Shown: positions 13,501 through 25,787, counted from the first letter of the whole stretch. The stretch: 63,794 nucleotides of DNA, filler included, from Moniliella sp. 'wahieum' (GCA_003971905.1; 3 parts of 3 records of this genome joined end to end with filler, not necessarily neighbours in it), one strand, 5' to 3'. The notes: generated by a model from the letters alone, not told the origin. Translations and numbers: made by a program.

Positions 13501-13735
13501 AAGGAACTGAGTCGCAAGTTGAGCAAAGCTCTTCCCGTCCTTCCTTGGAGCAGCGCACAAAGGGACGGAAAAATGGTCTGACTACAAGAAGGAGCTTAAG
13601 CACCAGATTCGTCGAACACGCGAGGAGATGGAGCGAACCAAGAAGCACTCCAAAATGTTGGACGATTTGTTGGCTGTCGAAGGTGGTGGTATACCGCCTC
13701 CCCGACCACCAGAGCCGGAAGAGCCTACGGCATGA
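10532..13735 (+). CDS. Long coiled-coil MTOC/spindle-pole protein with CM1 motif (Mto1/ApsB/Pcp1-like), spliced and frameshifted
   Basis: LSLK..GYIEALRNQNSDLKREVFHLRSQL aligns to centrosomin motif 1. About 3 kb of E/K/Q/L-rich heptad ORF fragments follow. C-terminal EAKWKR..KEL segment resembles the Mto1-family C-terminus. Introns start near 11045, 12559 and 13069. Confidence 0.65.
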
Positions 13736-13888
13736 TCACATTTCGTTGCCCACTCGGGGATACTGGACTAGTCGGGGATTACTGGACTAGGGTCTGTTGG
13801 TTTCGGTTTGTATCGTGTAGGGTCGATACCTTTTGTATTAGTCTTGACTCTCGAACAGTGTAGATGGGATGGTATAGCAGACACGCGT

Positions 13889-14779
13889 TCAGTAGATCTA
13901 GGCAAACGCGGTGGTCAGCACAGAGAGGAAGAGCCAATGCCAGGGTGGAACGAACCTCCTCAAAGGGCCGCGTGTCGTTAAAGCAACTTTGAAAGACATC
14001 ATTCACAATTTCCTTGGCGTGGTCCTCGCCCTTGCACGCCGGATTTCCCATGATCGACAGCACAGCGCGGCGACGTGCACATTCTTGGTGCTGCTTCATC
14101 ACACCAAAGTGTAACCGACGCATTTCTCGGCCCCAACGACAGTCGCCCGACAAGGACGCCGCCCGTACTTCTGAGCAGGCATGCTGACGTAGATCGGACC
14201 AGTCCACCTTGAAGCGACAGTTGTCCCACCAGTGCACCATTTCGTGCGCCACGTGTCTTCGAGGTGTTTCTTCGTCTGAATCCGGTTGCTGCAGATCAAG
14301 ATACCGCTCTCACTGGGGGGATGCCCCTCGGGGGGGGGGAAAAGCCACCGGCAATTGTGGGTGGGCACGGACCGACGGCAATCTTGGGCATGGCGGATGG
14401 GGACACATCGGCTTCATCCAATGGTTGCAACCAATCACGGCAAGTGCTTGGTCATGAAACGATCATCGGGCTGGTTTCAGCGCAGTGCGGGGAGCGGGAC
14501 GAGTCGGGAGCACCCATGCCGTCAAGTCAGAACGGATGAGACGAAAAACACAAACACAATCGGATACAAACGAACTATTGGCCAAAAGGGACGCGCCCAC
14601 TTCTCTACCTGGATTCTTCGCTGAAACTCCTCTTCGGTTTCGACATGCTTGCTCCAGTCCTCGACCTCTTCCGGGGTGGCCATGGCCGGCGCATCACGGT
14701 GTTGGTTTCGACCACATCGGTGCGGGAGAGGATGGTGGGGAGGGAGGTGATGGGTGCTGAGATGGGCTTGGAGCGGCAT
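13889..14779 (-). CDS. ATP23: Mitochondrial inner-membrane metalloprotease Atp23 (peptidase M76)
   Basis: HEMVH (HExxH), [53 protein letters not shown] after intron 13898-13955. A second intron lies near 14470-14575. Confidence 0.92.
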
Positions 14780-15250
14780 GGGCGCTGTAATATACCATAC
14801 AGGCGTCCCGCCACGTGTCAAAGTTGGACGCCGAAGCCATGACCGTGATGGAAGTGAAGGTGGGGCTGCCGGTCAGAACAACAAGACAATCCAATATCCA
14901 TCGGTAACGGCAAGACAGCACGGGCTATTATGTAATGGTGCCGGATGGGCCAGGGCTGTGCGCCCTGACGAGCTTCCTTCAAGCTGCACTAACACTCGCA
15001 GTCAGCAAGTTACGTATGGGCCTATGGATGGGCACGAGAGAAGGGTGGCCACACCCCCGAACAGCCAAGTCGGGACAATTTTGGGGGGAGTGCAACATAT
15101 GCATGTGCATAAGGTGCTCAGGCCTTGATTATCGCCTCACCAGGGCCATGGGCATGTGCGCCAGCCGATCATCCAACAGACAAGGGAGGCACAGGTTGTC
15201 CCATCATTCCATGAGACACCCCACCACGCATCAATAGACCACAGGACTAT

Positions 15251-16364
15251 TTAAGGAGCGTGGAGGAACTCAAGGAACTTGGGGTTGAGCGCCACTTGGC
15301 CGGTTGGCAGCGGGCTTGTAGGTGCCAGCAGCCTTGGCGGCGCGATGTCAGCCTCGATCTTGCGCTGCACCTTGGCGTACGGGTTAAGACGGTCCATGAC
15401 GAACTTTTGCGCTAGCGGGTTCTTCTTCTGGGTGAAGGGGCGCTTGGTCGCCTTGGGGCCAGCCGGACGAAGCAGCCTGGATCTCCTCCGAAGCAGCAGA
15501 CGCGACACGTCCGTGTTGGTGATCTTGGCGCGGGGAAGGACGAAGCCCTTCTTCTGCGCCGAGGCAGCATCGTAGGTGCCAAAGATCGAGTCGAGCTGCT
15601 TGAAGGCAGCCTCGGTCCAGATCACAAAGCGGCCAAGGTGACCACCGGGCGCGAGCTGGAGGAGGTTAAGGCGGTGAACCGACACGAGCTCCACACCGGG
15701 CAGGTTGCGGAAAGCGCGGTAGATGCCCTTGTCCTCGTTGTACACAACGAGGGGGCCGCGGCGCTGCACGTGACGACGGTTGCGCAGCTTGCCCTGGCCA
15801 GCACGGATCTTGCGCGAGTTGGACACCTTGAGCACATCGTCGTAGGCGTTGAGCGCCTTGAGGAGGGCAACCGCCTCCTTGGTCTTCGAGTAGGACTCGA
15901 CCTCGGTGGGGACAACGAGGGGACCTCGGCAACCTGCTCAACGCGGTGGCCGCGGGCGAGAACGAGGGACGGCACGGCGGTCGCAGCCAGAGCCGAAGCA
16001 GTCGCAACACGCTTCTGGTTCTGGTTCGTCTTCACCCACCAGCGGCGCCACACCTTGGTGGGAGCAAACATGTGACCGCCACGGGCCATGTTACCGAACG
16101 CTGGCCAGCACGGTGGGTGCCCGAGCCGCCCACACGAGGGATACGGGCCAGAGCACGGCCGGTGCCCCACGACTCGGCCGAGGTCTGGTGGCCAGCCTTG
16201 GTGGAAACGGCGTAGGGTTGGCGCTTGTTCTTGGCCACCTGGGTGTAAGTAATCTGCACCACGTCGGAGCGGATCGGAGCGGTGAGAACGGCGGGCAGCG
16301 GCAGGCTTGCGCCGCTGGCACTGCCGTCAGCAGCGCGGACACTGACAGTCGCACGCGAGGCCAT
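15251..16364 (-). CDS. RPL4: 60S ribosomal protein L4 (uL4), apparently intronless
   Basis: [66 protein letters not shown]. Confidence 0.97.
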
Positions 16365-17643
16365 GATGTTGGAGAAGGTGCTGCTTGGTGGCGAGGCCGT
16401 CACCGACGCTGCCAGCTGCCCCCCCCGGCCACCAGCGGCCGTTCGGCGGGGCAGCGGCACCAACACAGGCGCAGTGCCTACACTGGAAAGCAACTGCGGC
16501 AGTGCTGGCGCTGCGGAAATCATTGCGCCGGGGGAACAACCCTAGTGAATATTGATGTCCCTCCGGGACCATGCTGGCTCGGTGATTACGCGCACGGTGA
16601 TGTGCCATTGGCGCTCAATCACATGTCACAACCTCCACATGGTTGGCTTCCCCGCATGGGCACCTCAGCCTGCTTCGCTAACTTTCGTTCCATAGGTGGC
16701 GTATGATTTGTAGCCTGGCACCTGTGGACGAGGTGGAGGGAAACCAGCTCGCTGCTCCCATTTCCCAGTGAATCCTCCAGTGGATGATGCAGCCAGCCGT
16801 CCCTGCTCCCAACGTCTCCTTCTGGCTCTTTTACCGTGGCTGTAACGGACGGATGCGGGGTAGATAGTGTTGTGCCTGATGTAGCTGGAGGTTCCGAAAA
16901 GCTCAAGACCCAACAAGCGTCGCATGCACTGGCTCATCTATTTCGCCTGTCAGGACCTCATTCTTATCTTTTTGGTGAGCACTGCTGCGTCAACGACGGA
17001 TCTGTGGACCGGACGCGGAGGAGCTGTGGCTAGCAAAGGCGATGTTGGTTTAAAGCCCGTGATGCATCATTTCCGTCGGCAGCACTGCGTGGACGCACCT
17101 GCGAGAAAGAGACGGTTGCGGGTGGATTGTCGCCTGGTGGAGAGGGCATGGCCTGGACATGGGGCAGGCATATATAGCGTGGTTTAGCTGAAGGGTGGCG
17201 CTGCTCTGGTGCAGCATGTGGAGCGTCCGGCAGGCACCGGGCGGGGGTAGCATGAGGCGAGTGTGGGGGAGCCGCGCAGACACTGCCGCGTGGCGCCGCT
17301 CTGCTGCGGCTGGAGCGCAGACGTGGCATGGCTGGCGTGCGGCCTGGCTGCGCCCGGTTGCCACCGGCCACGGCGCCACCCGGAGCGGAAGCGCCGGCTG
17401 CAGGCTGCTGTGACATGTGACGCGTGACGCAGCACTGCAGCCCTCCGCCCTTACACTGCCCCCGAGCGGCCTGGTGATCGGCAGGCAGGGTGCACTAGCT
17501 AGCTACCGCTGCCCATCTGCATCCAACGCAGCCCACAGGCCCTCCATCGCCCATCTCCTTCGTCTTCGTTTGCGTCTTCATCGTCGTCTTCGTCGCGGTC
17601 TTCGCCTCCGCATCCACCGTCGCCCTCGAGCGCTTCGTCTCTC

Positions 17644-20600
17644 ATGCTGTCGCCGTGGTGCGTGTGACACGTGCCCTGCTCCGGCAGGCCACCCGCACGC
17701 CCATCGAGAGCATCGTCGTCGTTGCCATCGTCGCAACACTCGCCTACTTCTCCCTCCTCTTCGCCTTGTCGCGCTCCCATTGGATCGACGCCGTGGCTGC
17801 CTCCGCCGGCCTGCCCGCCCCCTCCTTCGCGCCACCCACTGTGTGGACACACTCGGCCTCTGGCTGGTCACGTGCTGGCGCCAGCGCCTCTGCGGACGCT
17901 GCGGTGCGTCCTGTCTTCTGGGTCGACACGATCGGCACCCTGCCCCAGCAGGCTCCAGCACCCAGCCTTCTTCACTCGCCCAGTCGTTCGCTGCCCAACA
18001 TCCTTCCGTGCCTTCCCTGTCTACGCCCTATGTCCTGCCGGGTAGCCCCCCTGTGGTGGCTTGGACCCCTCGTTTGCCTCGGCCGACTCTGCTCAAGAGA
18101 CGGAGCTTCTGCAGCAGCTCGCTACCCCGTCCAACGTATCACCCCTTCGACACCTGGCGCATTGTCCCTGCAATGTCCCCTACTACATGGACACGCGCAG
18201 GGCGCGCCCTGCAGCAGCTTCGCTCATCGCCGCCGTAACAGTCCAGGCTGACTCGATTCGCTTGGGCTTACGCTTCTCGCGCTCTCTTCGCTCGCTTTGG
18301 CCACCTGATCCGAGCCGCCGATTCTGCCGATATCTTTCTCATGCTTTGTGTCTACATCTTTATGCACGCCACCTTTGTCAATCTTTTCTATCGATGCGCC
18401 GCTTTGGCTTCCACTTCTGGCTTGGTACGTTGCCCTCTTCTCTGTCTCCGCCTCGTCGGCGAGCTGACTAACGTTCGGTATTGTTCAGGTGCATCGGTTT
18501 TGATTTCGTGCACTTGTGCGTTTATTTTGCTCTCGTCTCGGCCCACTACCTTGGTGTGCACATCGACCCAGTCCCACTGAGCGAGCTCTCCCATTTTTGG
18601 TCGTGACTGTCGGGTTTGACAAACACTATAAATTGACCAAGGCTGTCTTCACTCACCCCGCTTTGCTCCATCGTCCCACCTGCACGAGGTCCCAACGTTC
18701 TTAGATGTTCTGAAGCCACCTTCGCGTTCGGTAGGAGCTAGCGAGGGAAAGCCGGCCTCAATGGGAACTCCTCCGCCGATACACCCAAGTCGAATGAGGA
18801 TGCCTTTGTTCGGGCCCTGACTGCCCGCTTGCGCGAAAATCCCGATCTCGATGGGAGCTTCCCCGTCCACTGGCTGCCCGTGACGTGTTGGTGGGTGCAT
18901 ATGACAGTGTTGGCCAAGAAATCGTCGTGACTATGCGATCGAGTTGGCCTTGCTGCTTGCGGGCTCATGCATTGCTCCTAGTGGCCTGCATGATTTTGCC
19001 AGCTCGCGGCACTGATCCTTTTTCGATGCCATTCTTCTCCACACGTTTTACACTGGCATCCTGACCGTTATTGTGAGGTACTGCGGATCCGGATCTTGCG
19101 TAAGCGCCGCCACGCTTCCCTCCCAGCCGCATCGGCCGTTAACAAGGAAGCCGCGCCACCAGCGGCGGCGTAGCAAGCGCTACGACGACCGGCTCGGTTA
19201 CCCCTACAATCAGGGTGCGATAGCGCAGCAAGCAGTCGTGTATCTTCCATCTCGATCACTCCTTCAACTATGTCTGCCCCCCTTTGGCTGGGATGTCAGC
19301 CCAGCTGCGTCACCGGCAGCATTCTCGGTCCCGTCGGGTCCGTGGGCTCTGGCACCGCCTGGTTGGCTCCAACTCTAAAAATAACCCAGTGGGCCGGCTC
19401 AAAATCTTGTTGATTGCTTCCTTCATCACGCTACACAGCCTCAACCTTGGTACCATGACAACACAGGCTTCTCGCACTCGCTACTTGCGTGCTGCCACGT
19501 CCGAAGTTGCCTCTACCTTACGTCCCCGAGCGCTTCCGTGAACGATCCGTACCAGCTACTTCGTCAGCGACACAGTTCAACTTGTCCTTAACCCCTTCCT
19601 CGCCGGCACTTGCGCCAGCGCTCGAGCGCTTTGCTCGTTCCCATCCCACTGGCGCCCGCTTGCAGATCCATGACCCGGTTTTCCTTTCGGTGATCGATTA
19701 CTCCCTCACCAACCAGGTGTCGGCGAGAAAGCTGAACTTGCCAAGACATTGCCGAGGCATATGAGCAGCAATTCCCCTCCTGACAGTGTCGATCGCCTCA
19801 TCGTCCTCGGCAACTCATTCAGTTCATCCTTCCTTCTCGACTAACAGCTCGCGCGGATCGACAGGCTTGCTTTCGCGCCACCAGTCGCTAGAGGTCTTGG
19901 GCAGCCTGATGACGGAATGGACCTCAATTGTTGGTGACCCTCTTATTTCCAAGTGGCTTCGATCGCGATGGCAGTGAGCATCTTTCTAACGCTACCTGCT
20001 CCGAGGCATTGCTCAAGGCAACGCAGCTATTGCCCGAGGTAACGCTATGGGTGCCGCTGCTTTTGCCGCTGCTCGATGCTGGGCGCTCATTTGGATGAAG
20101 CCGAGTCCCGCATCGCCAAATCGTCCCGTTCCAACTCATCCAATGCCAATCCTTCCCGCGCCTCCGCTCCCACGGTGACATTTATGCCGCCTCCCCCTGC
20201 GCTGATTGTGCCAGAGGAGAAGATCCTACACCTCCCACGGCGGGCGTGGACGCTTCGCAGATCCGTTCGTTCGAGGAAGTATTGGTGTACGACAATGGCG
20301 CCGGTGTGCTCTCTTGCGGACGAGGAAGTAGTGTTACTTGCCAGCGGGGAAAGATTCCTGCTTACGCGTTGGAGAAGGTACTTCAAGACCCGAGCGTGCT
20401 GTTCGTGTCCGCCGCGCTTGTTTCGCGTGCCAGCTTGACCAAAACGCTGGAGACGGGCAAGTTGCCATTTAAGAACTATAACTATGCGCAAGTCATGGGT
20501 GCATGCTGTGAAATGTTGTGGGCTACCTTCCTTTGCCGCTCGGCATTGCGGGTCCTCTTCACCATTGACGGCCAACTTACGCCAATCCCGATGGCCACGA

Positions 20601-21654
20601 CGGAAGGTACGCTGGTTGCATCCACTTCGCGTGGGTGCAAGGCGCTGAATGCGGGGGGGGCGTGACAACCGTTTGACGCAAGACGCCATGACACGCGGCC
20701 CCGCCGTCGATTTCCCCACTGCGGCCGAAGCGGCGCAGGCTAAGAGATGGATCGATTCCACCACTGGTGCGGCGACGATCAAGGCTGCCTTTGACTCGAC
20801 TTCCCGCTTTGCCCGACTGGCCAGTTTGCGCACCGCGCTAGCGGGTCGAACCCTGTTTATTCGCTTTGCACCTCGACGGGGGATGCGATGGGCATGAACA
20901 TGATTTCCAAGGGGTTGAGCGTGCGCTGACATTGATGGCCCCGAGCACTTCCCCTCCATGAAGGTTCTGGCCTATCGGGTAACTACTGTACGACAAGAAG
21001 CCCGCTGCGATCAATTGGATTGAAGGTCGGGGCAAATCGGTGGTGGCCGAAGCGGTGGTACCCAACAAAGTGGTGAGCTCGGTGCTCAAGACCTCGGTGC
21101 CGCTTTGGTGGATTTGAACCTGAAGAAGAACTTGATTGGCTCGGCCATGGCCGGCTCCATTGGCGGCTTCAATGCCCATGCCGCCAACATTCTTACTGCC
21201 ATCTACCTTGCCACGGGGCAAGATCCTGCGCAGAACGTCGAGTCGAGCAACTGCATGACCTTGATGGAGGCCACGCCCGAGGGGACTTGCGCATCTCGGT
21301 TTCCATGCCCTCCATCGAAGTGGGAACGGTGGGCGGGGGGACGGTGCTGGACCCACAGAGGTCGATGCTCGAGCTGCTGGGCATTGCTGGGCCGCACCCT
21401 TCCACGCCAGGCGCCAACGCTCAACGGCTCGCCGCCATCATTGCCTCCGCGGTGATGGCAGGGAACTATCGCTCATGTCCGCCCTCGCGGCCGGACATCT
21501 GATCAAGGCCCACATGGCTCACAATCGCTCCGCCCCTGCTTCCGCTGCCCACCCGGGCCATGTAAGTCCCAACCCAGGTCGAATTGCGGCGACGATGACA
21601 CCCTTGGTCGCGCCCAGTATTCGTATGACCAAGGCGAATGGATCGGGCCGGTAA
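17644..21654 (+). CDS. HMG1: HMG-CoA reductase, class I, membrane-anchored
   Basis: N-terminal PIESIVV..ATLAYF segment and sterol-sensing region ([13 protein letters not shown]). Catalytic motifs [83 protein letters not shown]. Intron 18425-18488. Confidence 0.96.
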
Positions 21655-22167
21655 ACTAGGTGCGCAACGTTCTGTTTCTATTGCGCCTCGCCTCCTGGGC
21701 GGCCGTCATCATTGCTCTTCGTACAAGCCCCTTTGTCTGCCCATTTGCCTGATACCGTCATGCCCGCTCTGTATGGGCGAGGCAGGGGCTCAAGCCATGC
21801 AATTCATCTCTGCATACTCCCATGGACCGTATCCTGCCACGGATCTGAGGCTACCGACCGTTTGCCTCTGCCATCTGTTGGGAAATATGGGGAACAAAAG
21901 CGAACTACGATGACCTCCAGACTAGTCATAACGAGGTACGATTAGTGGTGGAACCTTATCAGAGCCAACCAAAGTACATCGGGGAGGTTTTGGGACGTGG
22001 GGTGGCAGTTGTGCACAGCACAAAAAGGCGTCCTACGCTGGCCGGCAAAACTACACGCCCACGACCAGGGGGCAGGTGCAGCTTGGCCAAGGCGGGCGTT
22101 GATGAGTCAATGAGCCTCATGCGTAATACCCATACACGCACAAAGACATCTGCAACGAATGCGGTAA

Positions 22168-22267
22168 NNNNNNNNNNNNNNNNNNNNNNNNNNNNNNNNN
22201 NNNNNNNNNNNTTAATTAATTAANNNNNNNNNNNNNNNNNNNNNNNNNNNNNNNNNNNNNNNNNNNN
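22168..22267. other. Assembly spacer (N44-TTAATTAATTAA-N44)
   Basis: 100-bp N block with a central six-frame stop linker; artificial join. Confidence 0.97.
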
Positions 22268-24843
22268 CCCGAAGGGGAAGAGAGGAGGGAGAGAGTTATG
22301 CCGAGGCGATAGCTCGCTACCCGAAGGGGAGAGAGGTTATGCCGAGGCGATAGCTCGCTACCCGAAGGGGAGAGAGTTATGCCGAGGCGATAGCTCGCTA
22401 CCGAAGGGAGAGAGAGTTATGCCGAGGGCGATAGCTCGCTACCCGAAGGGGAGAGAGTTATGCGAGGCGATAGCGCACCCGAAGGGGAGAGAGTTATGCC
22501 GAGGCGATAGCTCGCTACCCGAAGGGGAGAGAGTTATGCCGAGGCGATAGCTCGCTACCCGAAGGGGAGAGAGTTATGCCGAGGCGATAGCTCGCTACCC
22601 GAAGGGGAGAGGAGAGTTATGCCGAGGCGATAGCTCGCTACCCGAAGGGGAGAGAGTTATGCCGAGGCGATAGCTCGCTACCCGAAGGGGGAGAGTTATG
22701 CCGAGGCGATAGCTCGCTACCCGAAGGGGGAGAGAGTTATGCCGAGGCGATAGCTCGCTACCCGAAGGGGAGAGAGTTATGCCGAGGCGATAGCTCGCTA
22801 CCGAAGGGGAGAGAGTTATGCCGAGGCGATAGCTCGCTACCCGAAGGGGAGGAGAGTTATGCCGAGGCGATAGCTCGCTACCCGAAGGGGGGAGAGGGGG
22901 AGAGAGTTATGCCGAGGCGATAGCTCGCTACCCGAAGGGGAGAGAGTTATGCCGAGGCGATAGCTCGCTACCCGAAGGGGAGAGAGTTATGCCGAGGCGA
23001 TAGCTCGCTACCCGAAGGGGAGAGAGTTATGCCGAGGCGATAGCTCGCTACCCGAAGGGGAGAGAGGTATGCCGAGGCGATAGCTCGCTACCGAAGGGGA
23101 GAGAGTTATGCCGAGGCGATAGCTCGCTACCCGAAGGGGAGAGAGTTATGCCGAGGCGATAGCTCGCTACCCGAAGGGAGAGAGTTGAGAGTTATGCCGA
23201 GGCGATAGCTCGCTACCCGAAGGGGAGAGAGTTATGCCGAGGCGATAGCTCGCTACCCGAAGGGGAGAGAGTTATGCCGAGGCGATAGCTCGCTACCCGA
23301 AGGGGAGAGAGTTTGCCGATGCGCGAGGCGATAGCTCGCTACCCGAAGGGGAGAGAGTTATGCCGAGGGCGATAGCGCTACCCGAAGAGGGGAGAGAGTT
23401 ATGCCGAGGCGATAGCTCGCTACCACGAAGGGGAGAGAGTTATGCCGAGGCGATAGCTCGCTACCCGAAGGGGAGGAGTTATGCCGAGGCGATAGCTCGC
23501 TACCCGAAGGGGAGAGAGTTATGCCGAGGCGATAGCTCGCTACCCGAAGGGGAGAGAGTTATGCCGAGGCGATAGCTCGCTACCCGAAGGGGAGAGAGTT
23601 ATGCCGAGGCGATAGCTCGCTACCCGAAGGGGAGAGAGTTATGCCGAGGCGATAGCTCGCTACCCGAAGGGGAGAGAGTTATGCCGAGGCGATAGCTCGC
23701 TACCCGAAGGGGAGAGAGGAGAGAGTTATGCCGAGGCGATAGCTCGCTACCCGAAGGGGAGAGAGTTATGCCGAGGCGATAGCTCGCTACCCGAAGGGGA
23801 GAGAGTTATGCCGAGGCGATTAGCTCGCTACCCGAAGGGGAGAGAGTTATGCCGAGGCGATAGCTCGCTACCGAAGGGGAGAGAGTTATGCCGAGGCGAT
23901 AGCTCGCTACCCGAAGGGGAGAGAGTTATGCCGAGGCGATAGCTCGCTACCCGAAGGGGAGAGAGTTATGCCGAGGCGATAGCTCGCTACCCGAAGGGGA
24001 GAGAGTTATGCCGAGGCGATAGCTCGCTACCCGAAGGGAGAGAGTTATGCCGAGGCGATAGCTCGCTACCCGAAGGGGAGAGAGTTATGCCGAGGCGATA
24101 GCTCGCTACCGAAAGGGGAGAGAGTTGGAGAGAGTTATGCCGAGGCGATAGCTCGCTACCCGAAGGGGAGAGAGTTAGAGAGTTATGCCGAGGCGATAGC
24201 TCGCTACCCGAAGGGGAGAGAGTTATGCCGAGGCGATAGCTCGCTACCCGAAGGGGAGAGAGTTATGCCGAGGCGATAGCTCGCTACCCGAAGGGGAGAG
24301 AGTTATGCCGAGGCGATAGCTCGCTACCCGAAGGGGAGAGAGTTATGCCGAGGCGATAGCTCGCTACCCGAAGGGGAGAGAGTTATGCCGAGGCGATAGC
24401 TCGCTACCCGAAGGGGAGAGAGTTATGCCGAGGCGATAGCTCGCTACCCGAAGGGGAGAGAGTTATGCCGAGGCGATAGCTCGCTACCGAAGGGGAGAGA
24501 GTTATGCCGAGGCGATAGCTCGCTACCCGAAGGGGAGAGAGTTATGCCGAGGCGATAGCTCGCTACCCGAAGGGAGAGAGTTATGCCGAGGCGATAGCTC
24601 GCTACCCGAAGGGGGAGAGTTATGCCGAGGCGATAGCTCGCTACCCGAAGGGGAGAGAGTTATGCCGAGGCGATAGCTCGCTACCCGAAGGGGAGAGAGT
24701 TATGCCGAGGCGATAGCTCGCTACCCGAAGGGGAGAGAGTTATGCCGAGGCGATAGCTCGCTACCCGAAGGGGAGAGAGTTATGCCGAGGCGATAGCTCG
24801 CTACCCGAAGGGGAGAGAGTTATGCCGAGGCGATAGCTCGCTA
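22268..24843. repeat. 40-bp tandem array (CCCGAAGGGGAGAGAGTTATGCCGAGGCGATAGCTCGCTA)n, about 64 copies, running into the gap
   Basis: Directly visible near-identical units; variants are mostly indels. Confidence 0.98.
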
Positions 24844-25528
24844 TAAAATCGTCCGCTCTATGCAGCATATGGCCTCCGTTTCTCGATTGGACCACCCGTT
24901 GACAAGTTACACCCCCCCATCCCTAACCCTACCACCCCGACCCACCCCACCCACCCTCCGATGGCCTCGACGATAGCTCGCTATAAAATCGTCCGCTCTA
25001 TGCAGCATATGGCCTCCGTTTCTCGATTGGACGCACCGTTGACAAGTTACACCCACCCATCCCTAACCCTACCCAACCCGACCCACAACACCACCCTCCG
25101 ATGGCCTCGACGATAGCTCGCTACGAAATCGTCCGCTCTATGCAGCATATGGCCTCCGTTTCTCGATTGGACGCACCGTTGACAAGTTACACCCACCCAT
25201 CCTACCCTACCCACCCGACCCACAACACCCACCCTCCGATGGCCTCGACGATAGCTCGCTACGAAATCGTCCGCTCTATGCAGCATATGGCCTCCGTTTC
25301 TCGATTGGACGCACCGTTGACAAGTTACACCCACCCATCCCTAACCCTACCCACCCCGACCCACAACACCCACCCTCCGATGGCCTCGACGATAGCTCGC
25401 TACGAAATCGTCCGCTCTATGCAGCATATGGCCTCCGTTTCTCGATTGGACGCACCGTTGACAAGTTACACCCACCCATCCCTAACCCTACCCACCCCGA
25501 CCCACAACACCCACCCTCCGATGGCCTC
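24831..25528. repeat. ~141-bp tandem repeat, 5 copies
   Basis: Units start with CGATAGCTCGCTA at 24831, 24971, 25111, 25249 and 25390. Four of five contain CCCTAACCCTA within a C-rich tail. Confidence 0.96.
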
Positions 25529-25787
25529 AGGACCGAGTACAACATGAAGGTTGAGCTATGCCCCAAAGGACACCGAATCTGGTGTCTGCCAGGTAGATCA
25601 GGAGGTGTGCTGAAAAAAAATATTTTTGCGTTGGGTGGTGGTGGTAGGTGGTGGCGACGGCCTTCCGGGTGGTGGTGGTGGGGTGGCGGCGGCGGCGGGC
25701 GGCGGCGTTGCTATTTAATTAATGCTGGTCACCGGGGGTGGTCACGGGTGCGCCGGGGGGTCATGACGGCAAGGCCAAAAATACCCT

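Noticed and set aside
22212..22223. TTAATTAATTAA as a biological motif
   Set aside because: Artificial six-frame stop linker inside N padding; identical at 52520-52531.
23360..23575. ORF inside the 40-bp array
   Set aside because: The unit is not a multiple of 3 and contains TAG; the ORF exists only because of local indels.
22268..25528. CRISPR array
   Set aside because: No unique spacers, no cas genes, and a eukaryotic context; these are plain tandem repeats.
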